Origin: Escherichia phage vB_EcoS_MM-1
Strand: one strand, 5' to 3'
Length of the DNA: 64,000 nucleotides
Sequence record: PV577657
Numbering within the stretch: position 1 is the stretch's first letter; each line of letters opens with the position of its first letter. A program made the translations under genes and the position numbers. The notes under the pieces are model-generated. The model saw only the letters and a list, made by a program, of their open reading frames with translations. It was not told the origin of the DNA and did not search any database. This document shows positions 1-7,476 of the stretch, in pieces.

Positions 1-98
1 CTTCGCCTAAGCCATTCAGCCAACGGTCGATTTATCTTGTTCTGTCATGTTGCTTCTCCAGTTCAATTTATGTAATTATTATACAGAACTTTTGGAAA

Positions 99-386
99 CT
101 AAGCAACTACATTTTTTAAAAATTTGATGCCTTTCTTTTTCTTCTTATATTTCCACGTTAAGGGATTCTGTCGATTATGAACGCTTGAGATCTTTGTCTC
201 GTCAAAGTTCTTCAATATCATGTAATCACAGGATAATTGTTCTAATGGAATGTGATCACCGTCAAAAGCGTATACATAAGGCTGTTGACTAGCACGATAA
301 TGATAGACTTTGTTAATTCTACGTTTCAGCAACTTATCCGCGCAGTAAATAAAGAAGTTTTCAGGATGCATCAGCAGCTCCCTCAA
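99..386 (-). CDS. hypothetical early protein
   Basis: 95-aa ORF; GGAG-type RBS before internal Met suggests alternative start near 371; no recognisable motif. Confidence 0.55.
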   Translation of the reverse strand: MRELLMHPENFFIYCADKLLKRRINKVYHYRASQQPYVYAFDGDHIPLEQLSCDYMILKNFDETKISSVHNRQNPLTWKYKKKKKGIKFLKNVVA

Positions 387-469
387 TTTGGTGCACCCTG
401 TTCGTATCGAACGAACCTCTCAAGCTCTTCAGGCAAGCGCTAATCCATCTCAGCTAAAGGTGCAAATTT

Positions 470-546
470 TGGCAAACCTACTAGGACTTGAACCTAGACC
501 GTACGGTTTTGGAGACCGACATGCTGTCCAGTAACACTCTAGGAAT
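470..546 (-). tRNA. tRNA-like gene, possibly anticodon CCA (Trp); degenerate acceptor stem
   Basis: Encoded CCA (TGG on + strand), perfect T-arm CTAGG/TTCAAGT/CCTAG, anticodon-like loop CTCCAAA; acceptor stem has 2 mismatches. Confidence 0.4.
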
Positions 547-553
547 GCAGGAT

Positions 554-630
554 TGGCGTCCTGTGCGGGGATCGAACCCACAAATCCTACCTTGAAAGGG
601 TAGTGACTTTACCAGTTTGTCTAACAGGAC
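554..630 (-). tRNA. tRNA-Glu (anticodon UUC)
   Basis: 7-bp acceptor GTCCTGT/ACAGGAC, T-loop TTCGATC, anticodon stem CTACC/GGTAG with loop CUUUCAA, encoded CCA. Confidence 0.7.
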
Positions 631-637
631 TTAAATT

Positions 638-728
638 TGGTGTTGGATGATGGAGTCGAACCACCCGAGACCCTTCCGAGTCGGCAGATTTACAGTCTGC
701 TTCGCTACCTCTACGATACTAATCCAAC
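638..728 (-). tRNA. tRNA-Tyr (anticodon GUA), long variable arm
   Basis: Acceptor GTTGGAT/ATCCAAC, anticodon arm GCAGA-CUGUAAA-UCUGC (same as the E. coli tRNA-Tyr anticodon arm as I recall it), 88 nt class II, encoded CCA. Confidence 0.7.
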
Positions 729-856
729 ATATTTAAAAGTATTCAAATACTAGTTTAAACACTTTTAGATATGTTTCCAAATTAGATAACTATTATATCA
801 AGTTTTATGGCACTGAGCAAGTCAAATTTTAAAGAACTTGCTCAGTGCTGTATTAG

Positions 857-1132
857 TTAGTCGAACTTAGGAGCGACAGTTAAGGAGAATGGAAGTTCGA
901 AAACTTCTTCGCCCTCATCACTAACAGTAATTACACGACCTTTAAGTTCAGACATTGAAATATCAATATCAGCTTTTGCATCTGGAGCCATGCCAGCTTC
1001 AATACATTTAGCTTTAACTTCCGGCAGAAGTTCTACATCGTAGAAATAAAGCCATTCAATCTCACCTTCCCAGCCTTCCCAGGATTTACAGATTGCACTT
1101 TCAATACCAGTTGCTATAACACGATTTTGCAT
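857..1132 (-). CDS. hypothetical early protein
   Basis: 91-aa ORF with AAGGAG RBS and upstream T5-type promoter. Confidence 0.65.
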   Translation of the reverse strand: MQNRVIATGIESAICKSWEGWEGEIEWLYFYDVELLPEVKAKCIEAGMAPDAKADIDISMSELKGRVITVSDEGEEVFELPFSLTVAPKFD

Positions 1133-1139
1133 TCGTTAA

Positions 1140-1200
1140 CTCCTTCATCAATTTATATAACTATTATACCAGAAATTTAAAGCAAAAGGCAAGTACATTT
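1140..1200 (-). promoter_or_regulatory. T5-type early sigma70 promoter
   Basis: Minus-strand TATAAT followed by conserved ATAAATTGATGAAGGAG initial transcribed region/RBS. Confidence 0.5.
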
Positions 1201-1222
1201 TTAAAAATTCTGTTTGGAGGAG

Positions 1223-1429
1223 CTAAACTCCAGATTCTTCAGCTAAGTCTAGGCTAATAAGAGATATAGCCATAATTGCTGCTCCGTGTTCTCTTTCTCC
1301 TGTCTCTTTAGCTAGGGTTATAATATCAAGAAATTGCTTATGAAAGTCTGCAACCTCTTGAGTCATACCTGCCTCAGCAATCATGCCTTTAAGCATGAAA
1401 CGTTGTGCGGTAATTTCGGGATTAGCCAT
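1223..1429 (-). CDS. hypothetical protein
   Basis: 68-aa ORF, GGAGAAA RBS. Confidence 0.6.
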   Translation of the reverse strand: MANPEITAQRFMLKGMIAEAGMTQEVADFHKQFLDIITLAKETGEREHGAAIMAISLISLDLAEESGV

Positions 1430-1589
1430 GTTGTTTCTCCAGTTTCATGTTTAATAGTCTACAAATAAAATCAATGTCTTCATCTGTGCCTAGATCTCTA
1501 TCTTCAAGAGTTGCCTTGAAGTTTTTCGTCAATTCCATGAGGATAACTTCTCTAGAACGACGTGTTGGCGGAGGTGGATGTCTATACAT
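1422..1589 (-). CDS. small hypothetical protein (55 aa, PPPP motif)
   Basis: Hand-translated ORF MYRHPPPPTRRS... with AAGGA RBS; stop overlaps next start (ATGGCTAA); below ORF-track cutoff. Confidence 0.35.
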   Translation of the reverse strand: MYRHPPPPTRRSREVILMELTKNFKATLEDRDLGTDEDIDFICRLLNMKLEKQHG

Positions 1590-1604
1590 CTTATTTCCTT
1601 AAGT

Positions 1605-1681
1605 TGGTAGGGGTGGTGGGATTCGAACCCACAAAACCTGAATTTTAAGTCCAGTACCTATGCCAATTCGATTACACCCCC
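1605..1681 (-). tRNA. tRNA, anticodon tentatively UAA (Leu-like) but class I length
   Basis: Perfect T-arm GTGGG/TTCGAAT/CCCAC, G1-U72 acceptor, anticodon loop CUUAAAA; D-arm does not fold cleanly by hand. Confidence 0.5.
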
Positions 1682-1782
1682 ATGTAATCAGTTTATTAGT
1701 TGATACATATTATAGCCTAGTGAAAATCCTACTACTAGTCCCACAAACCAACCAATATAATAATCTTTTAGTTTCACAGGTA

Positions 1783-1968
1783 TTATCCTCGTTCAATATC
1801 TAGGGAAACACCGCAGTTAGGATTAATACCTGTACCGTTGCAATTTGAACAAATCCAGATATTGCAAAAAGTATCTCCTGCTTCTGCATCAGAACTTTCA
1901 CCAATTCCCCTACACTCAGGGCAGGCACATTCTTCTAGCTCTTGCTTGAGTTCTTGAAACTTGGACAT
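1783..1968 (-). CDS. small Cys-rich protein, putative zinc ribbon
   Basis: 61 aa with CxCPxC...CxxxxCxxC...C spacing. Confidence 0.6.
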   Translation of the reverse strand: MSKFQELKQELEECACPECRGIGESSDAEAGDTFCNIWICSNCNGTGINPNCGVSLDIERG

Positions 1969-2186
1969 ATAGTCTCCTTAGTCAATTACTTTTGAGGCTT
2001 CAAGGGAGTCGATATAGTATACGTTTTCTACCATAATCATATAATCTGCCACTTTATCCATAGCTTGGGCCTCAGAGGTAGCTCTGGCTAACCTATATCC
2101 TTTTTTATATTCATCCGGGTATTCTCTATCTTGAATAAATACAACATAAACTATGTATAATTCCACTTGTAATCCCCTAATTAAGT

Positions 2187-2264
2187 TGGTGGCTCCCCGA
2201 GGATTCGAACCTACGTACCTTCCGGTTATGAGCCGGGTGCTCATACCATATGAGCTTGAGAACC
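2187..2264 (-). tRNA. tRNA with CAU anticodon (Met or Ile2)
   Basis: D-arm GCTC-ATATGGTAT-GAGC, anticodon arm CCGG-CUCAUAA-CCGG, T-loop TTCGAAT, acceptor with two G-U pairs, encoded CCA. Confidence 0.6.
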
Positions 2265-2270
2265 AGAATT

Positions 2271-2359
2271 TGGCGGAAGAAGTGGGAATCGAACCCACAA
2301 GGCTATATTTCAAACCGACAGATTAGCAATCTGCTGCAATACCGTTATGCTATTCTTCC
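2271..2359 (-). tRNA. tRNA-Ser (anticodon GCU), class II
   Basis: Acceptor GGAAGAA/TTCTTCC, anticodon arm GCAGA-UUGCUAA-UCUGU, long variable arm, T-arm GTGGG/TTCGATT/CCCAC. Confidence 0.6.
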
Positions 2360-2380
2360 GAATTTATAAGATATATTATA

Positions 2381-2902
2381 TTAGAAATTTAGCTTCATAG
2401 CAAGAAAATTTTTCAAGTTTTCGGTAGACATCTCATCCACATCTACGGGAGAAACAAAGCCGTTTAATTTTCTAGCAAATTTTTCACCCGCAGGATCGTT
2501 GTCTCCGACAGCTACCAATTTAAAAGGTAATAATTTCAGTTGCTTTAATAACGCTTTTCCTGGAGAAGAACCTAACATTGCCAGGGCTGGATAACCAGCG
2601 TTATGTAGCGCAACTGCCTTAAATACAGATTCAGCGATCAATACTACTTTTTCATCTCCATTGAGAGTTTCTAGTCCCCATACACACTGGGTAGTAGAAT
2701 AAGTAAAATATTTAGCTTCAAAGGGACACTTACCATGACCTTTTGGAGCAGAAGGATTATACGTCTGATAGCCTCGCAACATCCCGGAGAAGTCATACAA
2801 CGGGACTGTTAGCCATCCTTCCGGACTTAACCAGCAATGATATTTATCTGTATCAAATCCTCTGGATAAGAGGTGCTGTGTTAGCTCATCAACATTCATA
2901 TT
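2381..2902 (-). CDS. Toprim-domain protein (stand-alone primase-like/nuclease-like fold)
   Basis: Conserved Glu (IAES) and GDNDPAG DxD motif; likely start MNVDELTQ after GAGAGGAA RBS. Confidence 0.6.
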   Translation of the reverse strand, partial: NMNVDELTQHLLSRGFDTDKYHCWLSPEGWLTVPLYDFSGMLRGYQTYNPSAPKGHGKCPFEAKYFTYSTTQCVWGLETLNGDEKVVLIAESVFKAVALHNAGYPALAMLGSSPGKALLKQLKLLPFKLVAVGDNDPAGEKFARKLNGFVSPVDVDEMSTENLKNFLAMKLNF

Positions 2903-2904
2903 TG

Positions 2905-2990
2905 GTTCCTCTCTCAAATTTATAGATATATTATACAGAGAATTTAGCATTCAAGCAATCAAATTTTTTAACTTTTTAGAGGAAAATCAT
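2905..2990 (-). promoter_or_regulatory. T5-type early promoter
   Basis: Minus-strand TTGCTT -17- TATAAT, then conserved ATCTATAAATTTGAGAGAGGAA. Confidence 0.6.
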
Positions 2991-3069
2991 AGGGCACTTA
3001 AGGGTAGCAGATAAGTGGGGAGGACCAAAATTTGTGACCCCACTAAAAATCCGGGGGCAATTTTTAAAG

Positions 3070-3110
3070 ACCCCTTGACATTTTCGCTGGGGTAGTGTAA
3101 AGTATATGTT
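3070..3110 (+). promoter_or_regulatory. sigma70-like promoter of counter-oriented island
   Basis: TTGACA at 3075-3080; AT-rich -10 candidates 17-23 bp downstream. Confidence 0.4.
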
Positions 3111-3165
3111 ATGGATGAGTGATCAAAGAGACACACATTTTCTATATACTAGGAGGTGTCAAAAT

Positions 3166-4155
3166 ATGACAGAAGAAGTAGCTAAGAGTCCTGAGACCGT
3201 CGCTAGCGTTGCAGCAGAACTGCACCGTCACGAGGAATCAGATAAGAAAAAGTGGGAGAAGGTCAGAGCCTACGAAGAAAAACATCGTGAACACGATGAT
3301 GAAGAAGAAGATGACGATGATGAACATTGTCATAAATATGGAAAACATAAAATGCAAGAACCAGTAAACGTATTCACTAGTGGCTTCCCTGGCCTACTGG
3401 GTGGTTACCCAGCAAACGCAGGTGCTTTCGGTGGTGAAGGTATGGGACTATTCGGAGCTATCCTAATCGGTGCTCTATTAACCGGCGGATTCGGTGGTTT
3501 CGGTGGATTCGGTGGACGTGGTGTAGTTGGTGAAGGTACCGCAGTTGATGCAGTACTTCAGAACCAAGATACCGCTAGTATTCTAGCAGCTATCAACACT
3601 ACTCGTACAGAGGCTAACCAGGGTACTGGAGCTGTTTTAAGCGCAGTTAACAATGGTTTTAGCCAGACAACCCAAAACCAGAGCCGTGATACTCAGTCTG
3701 TACTAACTACGATCTACGGTACAGATGCTAATCTGTCTAATCAGATCTGCCAGGAAACTCGCAACGTTATTCAGGGTCAGTTCGATCTTTCTCGCCAGAT
3801 TGATCAATCTTTCGCAGCTAACCAGATAGCTCGTGCACAAGATAAGTTTGATTCTGCACAGATCGCTTTCCAGCAGACTTTACAAACTAATAACCAGTTT
3901 GCCGCTGTTCAGGCTCAGATGTGTGCTAACCAGAACTCTCTGGAACGTCAGATCGCTGAATGTTGCTGTGAACTTCAGACTGCGATCGCTGGTGTAACTA
4001 CTGCGCGTATCCAGGATGAGTTAGACGCATGTCGCCTACGTGAAGCAATCGCTGCGGGTAGCGGTGCTAACGGTCAGGTAATTAATCAAATCGCTTTAAG
4101 TCTTGGTGCTATCACTCAGACTCTGGCTGGTCTGCAGGCTAAACTGCCGGCTTAA
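3166..4155 (+). CDS. acidic N-terminus / Gly-zipper hydrophobic segment / Q,N,T-rich coiled-coil protein
   Basis: AGGAGG RBS before MTEEV; D/E-rich N-terminus with HCH motif; GGFGGFGGFGG segment; host-optimal codons. Confidence 0.7.
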   Translation: MTEEVAKSPETVASVAAELHRHEESDKKKWEKVRAYEEKHREHDDEEEDDDDEHCHKYGKHKMQEPVNVFTSGFPGLLGGYPANAGAFGGEGMGLFGAILIGALLTGGFGGFGGFGGRGVVGEGTAVDAVLQNQDTASILAAINTTRTEANQGTGAVLSAVNNGFSQTTQNQSRDTQSVLTTIYGTDANLSNQICQETRNVIQGQFDLSRQIDQSFAANQIARAQDKFDSAQIAFQQTLQTNNQFAAVQAQMCANQNSLERQIAECCCELQTAIAGVTTARIQDELDACRLREAIAAGSGANGQVINQIALSLGAITQTLAGLQAKLPA

Positions 4156-4176
4156 TATTAAGGGGAGGAGCCCATT

Positions 4177-4593
4177 ATGAGTAAATATGGTTTTGTAAAT
4201 AACGGACTTAATCAAAGTATGGGCTCCCAGCAGCCCATTCCGGGTCTGGATAACCCCTACTTACAACAGTTGCAACAGCGTTTAGCAGAAGCGCAACAGA
4301 TGCAGCAACAACTCCAGCAAAACCCTGGAAGTGTGAGTCCTATGCAAATGATGCAGCAAATGAGCGGGCAGTCGCAAATGCCTCAACAAATGCAGCAACA
4401 GGTGCCTCAGCAGCAAGTTCAGCAACAAACCCAACAACCGCAGGTTTCTGCGGAAGGACAGGCAGTACTAGCCCTTTTCGAAGACTTCGCAAAGACAGAG
4501 GATGGGAAACAGCTTGTATCACTTATGGGTAAGTTTAATAGCTTCTGCCAAAGCCAAGTTGCAAAAGCTCAAAATGGGGGTAGTAACTCCTAA
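4177..4593 (+). CDS. glutamine-rich low-complexity protein
   Basis: 138 aa, long Q-rich tracts (QQMQQQLQQ..., QQVPQQQVQQQTQQPQ); strong RBS GGGGAGGAG. Confidence 0.7.
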   Translation: MSKYGFVNNGLNQSMGSQQPIPGLDNPYLQQLQQRLAEAQQMQQQLQQNPGSVSPMQMMQQMSGQSQMPQQMQQQVPQQQVQQQTQQPQVSAEGQAVLALFEDFAKTEDGKQLVSLMGKFNSFCQSQVAKAQNGGSNS

Positions 4594-4602
4594 GGAGGAA
4601 AT

Positions 4603-4797
4603 ATGTGTTGCAGAAAATCTGTTTCGTGCTGCCCAGTGCCTGTAGCACGTTGTTGCTCTCCAGCAATGTTTACGCAAATACCGGCGTTCAATCCCTTTGC
4701 CTTTAAGCCTACTCTTATCCTGCCCCCTAGAGTAGATTTTCAGTCAAGATTGGCCTCCCGTATGGGTGGTTGCTGTACACCGAGAGTATGGTTCTAA
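4603..4797 (+). CDS. small Cys-doublet-rich protein
   Basis: 64 aa with four CC doublets; RBS TAAGGAGG; directly precedes terminator. Confidence 0.55.
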   Translation: MCCRKSVSCCPVPVARCCSPAMFTQIPAFNPFAFKPTLILPPRVDFQSRLASRMGGCCTPRVWF

Positions 4798-4810
4798 ACC
4801 AAAAACAAAA

Positions 4811-4843
4811 GCCCCTGCCGAAAGGTAAGGGGCTTTTTCTTTT
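4811..4843 (+). terminator. rho-independent terminator
   Basis: GCCCCTGCC..GGTAAGGGGC hairpin followed by TTTTTCTTTT. Confidence 0.7.
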
Positions 4844-4850
4844 GCCTTAA

Positions 4851-4888
4851 ATACAGAAAAGCCCGCGCTCTCGTAGGAAACGCGGGCT
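4851..4888 (-). terminator. rho-independent terminator for SPFH gene
   Basis: GCCCGCG...CGCGGGC hairpin; T-run on minus strand. Confidence 0.65.
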
Positions 4889-4912
4889 TGGTTCGAAGAT
4901 TACGTGTAACTA

Positions 4913-5860
4913 TTACTTGTTACGCATATCCATGATCATTTGACCATCGTAGCCAGTACCTACCACAGTCTGAGGTACACCACCTTGATACTTCTGAGCA
5001 CGGATCATTTCAACTTCCAGTTGTTTCCAACGAATCATTTCAGGAGTAATGGTACGTTGCAATGCGGCGTTAGCTTCAGCTTCTTTCTTAGCTGCGTACA
5101 GTTTAGCATCTGCGTCACGTTCATTAGCAATAGCTTGGTTGTTACGAGCTTCACGATCTGCTTCTGCTTGTTTAACTTTTTGCTGTGCTTCCTGTTCAAC
5201 GCGAGCAAGTTCAGCTTTCGCAGCATTAACTTGCTCTTCACGAACTTTGGTATTCTGTACCTGTTCCATGATTACTGGCGGCAAGGTAATATCCTGAAGG
5301 AATACCTGCTTAACTGTGTAACCATATGGGCGCGCATACTCTTCAACTTCCTGTTGAATTGCAGTTTGCAATTGAGCCTGAATTTTAGCATCAAATAAAT
5401 CTTGTGCTTTAGGTACAGACTTACCAAACTCACGAATAGTAGACAGTAATTTTTCAGTTACATACTTGTCTAGTGCCTGATCCTGAGTACCTGCGTTAAT
5501 ACGGTTAATCGGTGCTTTAGAACCATCAAACTGCAACATAACAGTCAGGTCAACAGTGGATTTAAACTTATCCTGGCTAGGAACCTGAAGTTTATCTAAT
5601 TTTACAGCAATATCTTTTGTACTAAAAGTATCGAAAGATGCAAACGGGTTTACAAGATGGAAGCCCGGCAATACTGGATTAGGGTCTACTTTACCCAGGA
5701 ATGTTTGGGTTTTAACCGTACCATCAGAAACAATAGTATATGAATTAAAAGCTAGGATTAAACCTGCTAAACCAACTACAGCACCAATACCCCAACGTTT
5801 AATAGTACGAATTACTTTCTGCTCAGAAGTCAGTTCTTTCATATTTTTAGTAGCAAACAT
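4913..5860 (-). CDS. SPFH/band-7 (prohibitin/HflC-like) membrane protein
   Basis: N-terminal TM segment (WGIGAVVGLAGLILAF), SPFH-like core, C-terminal A/E/K/Q-rich coiled coil. Confidence 0.75.
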   Translation of the reverse strand: MFATKNMKELTSEQKVIRTIKRWGIGAVVGLAGLILAFNSYTIVSDGTVKTQTFLGKVDPNPVLPGFHLVNPFASFDTFSTKDIAVKLDKLQVPSQDKFKSTVDLTVMLQFDGSKAPINRINAGTQDQALDKYVTEKLLSTIREFGKSVPKAQDLFDAKIQAQLQTAIQQEVEEYARPYGYTVKQVFLQDITLPPVIMEQVQNTKVREEQVNAAKAELARVEQEAQQKVKQAEADREARNNQAIANERDADAKLYAAKKEAEANAALQRTITPEMIRWKQLEVEMIRAQKYQGGVPQTVVGTGYDGQMIMDMRNK

Positions 5861-5894
5861 ATATTTCCTTTGTTTTAGTTACAGTTAATAAAAT

Positions 5895-5969
5895 TGGCCG
5901 AGGTGACAGGATTCGAACCTGCATAAAGGAATTTAGAAGACTCCTGCCTCTCCCTTAGACTACACCCCG
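5895..5969 (-). tRNA. tRNA-Arg (anticodon UCU)
   Basis: Acceptor CGGGGTG/CACCTCG (1 mismatch), anticodon arm GGAGU-CUUCUAA-AUUCC, T-loop TTCGAAT, encoded CCA. Confidence 0.55.
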
Positions 5970-6472
5970 TTTAAGTATTTTTAAGAACTCTCGTAAAAAC
6001 TCTTAAAAATACAGACGATACCGGGAGAGTCATAAGTCTCACTCATTAAGTATTTCAAGACAAAATACAGTAACGTCTATTATTTTCCAGTTTAAGTCAG
6101 GGTGACTTAGTGGTTATGTCCTGCGGTATATTGAGGACTCGGTTAGGCTTGGGGTCATGACTTCCCACCTTTTGCTGCTACTCAACAGGAGTTATCGCGA
6201 ATTACCTGTGCTATTGTGCACCATTAGTGACATCTCTCATGTCAGCATTTCCCACTTTGTGGATAGCTTGAAAAACTACTCCGATATGGAGAAAGAACTT
6301 CACTATCCTAGAATACCTTCTAAAGTTCTTCTTTAGCCTGGACATAGTTAAATCGTAATAAAACTATTCAGCAGACTGGTTGGTTAGTCTGGAACCAACT
6401 ACCGCGTGGTTTAGGCAGTGCGCAACTAACCTCGGAAGCTTTTATGTTAAAAGCATCAGTTATCCAGTTCTT

Positions 6473-6545
6473 ACCGACCGTAGGATTCGAACCTACATCT
6501 TCCACCAGTTACGGCTTGATAATACCAATTATACTAGGACGGCAG
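6473..6545 (-). tRNA. tRNA-like element (perfect T-arm, no clean anticodon arm)
   Basis: GTAGG/TTCGAAT/CCTAC T-arm with partial acceptor pairing; possibly degenerate. Confidence 0.35.
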
Positions 6546-6744
6546 TGTTACTACATAAGTGATTTCCACACCCCACTATTTATAAATCAGAGAAGAGTTT
6601 AGGGGAGAGGTTTCAGACGCCTCATTTTACACGTTCTAGCCACTAACCGGGATTGCCGCCCCCTGTGTACTAGTTTTACAACTAACCCACCGACTCTATT
6701 CAATGCGCTCCGGTTGGGATTCTGCACTCAGCGTAATCGGCTCG

Positions 6745-6800
6745 CTGTTCCCTAATTTATGAATATATTATACAGAATTTATAAGCATTTAGCAAATGAA
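6745..6800 (-). promoter_or_regulatory. T5-type early promoter driving leftward transcript into noncoding/tRNA region
   Basis: Minus strand TTGCTA -17- TATAAT then ATATTCATAAATTAG. Confidence 0.55.
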
Positions 6801-6803
6801 TTT

Positions 6804-7238
6804 TTAGAAAAATTCACTAGCAATCAAAGCAGTTGTTTTACCGTCATAACGTCCGGGAAATTCTGCCTTAATAGTTTTCATTAATAGAGCTTTGGTAATA
6901 CCTGGGTTTAATTTAACCAGTTCTGCAAAATACTCACGAATCTGAACCTCAGTCAGTTGACTTGGCTGATACTCTTGCAGCATGGAATAAAGCAGTTGCT
7001 CATAGTCTACATCAGTAGGAACTTCCATACCAACTTTAATAGCGCGTTGTTTTGCATTTTCTAGAGCCTTAATCTGAGCTTTCAGATAGGCTACGAACTC
7101 GGTTCGAGTAACAATGTCTTTATCAATACGTTGCAGATCACCAATCATGGTCTGAAGATTAAGTGCCCGTTCCTTATCACCGTGAGTACGTGCTAGACTA
7201 AGTAGTGCACGAAGGGTCATTAGAATATTTTCACCCAT
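6804..7238 (-). CDS. hypothetical protein
   Basis: 144-aa ORF, no recognised motif. Confidence 0.7.
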   Translation of the reverse strand: MGENILMTLRALLSLARTHGDKERALNLQTMIGDLQRIDKDIVTRTEFVAYLKAQIKALENAKQRAIKVGMEVPTDVDYEQLLYSMLQEYQPSQLTEVQIREYFAELVKLNPGITKALLMKTIKAEFPGRYDGKTTALIASEFF

Positions 7239-7408
7239 TATTTCATCCCCAATGCTTGGTTAAAAGATTGTTCTGTCATAACTGCTGAGACTTTGGCGAA
7301 ATCAAACTTTTTAGGGTTCGTAGTTATTTCAGCAACGTTAGAAGTTTTAACAGTTTTCGTAGTACGAATACCGCGAGTGTTAACACCAATAATTACAACT
7401 GATTTCAT
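7238..7408 (-). CDS. small hypothetical protein (56 aa)
   Basis: Hand-translated MKSVVIIGVNTRG...; GAGAGGAAG RBS; stop overlaps downstream start. Confidence 0.4.
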   Translation of the reverse strand: MKSVVIIGVNTRGIRTTKTVKTSNVAEITTNPKKFDFAKVSAVMTEQSFNQALGMK

Positions 7409-7419
7409 ATTTCGCTTCC

Positions 7420-7476
7420 TCTCATTAATTTATGAAAGTATTATACAGAAATTTAAGTAGCTAAGCAAGTAAATTT
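7420..7476 (-). promoter_or_regulatory. T5-type early promoter
   Basis: Shared motif TTGCTTAGCTACTTAAATTTCTGTATAATACTTTCATAAATTAATGAGAGG (minus strand). Confidence 0.55.

Noticed and set aside
1978-2313. 111-aa minus-strand ORF from the six-frame track
   Set aside because: Most of its length overlaps two well-formed tRNA genes (2187..2264 and 2271..2359) on the same strand; probably a chance reading frame through tRNA sequence.
5049-5297. Short ORFs on both strands inside the SPFH gene
   Set aside because: Antisense or out-of-frame shadows of an Ala/Glu/Lys-rich coiled-coil coding region; no independent signals.
6380-6562. 60-aa plus-strand ORF
   Set aside because: Overlaps the tRNA-like element and promoter leader, has no RBS, and lies in a leftward transcription unit.
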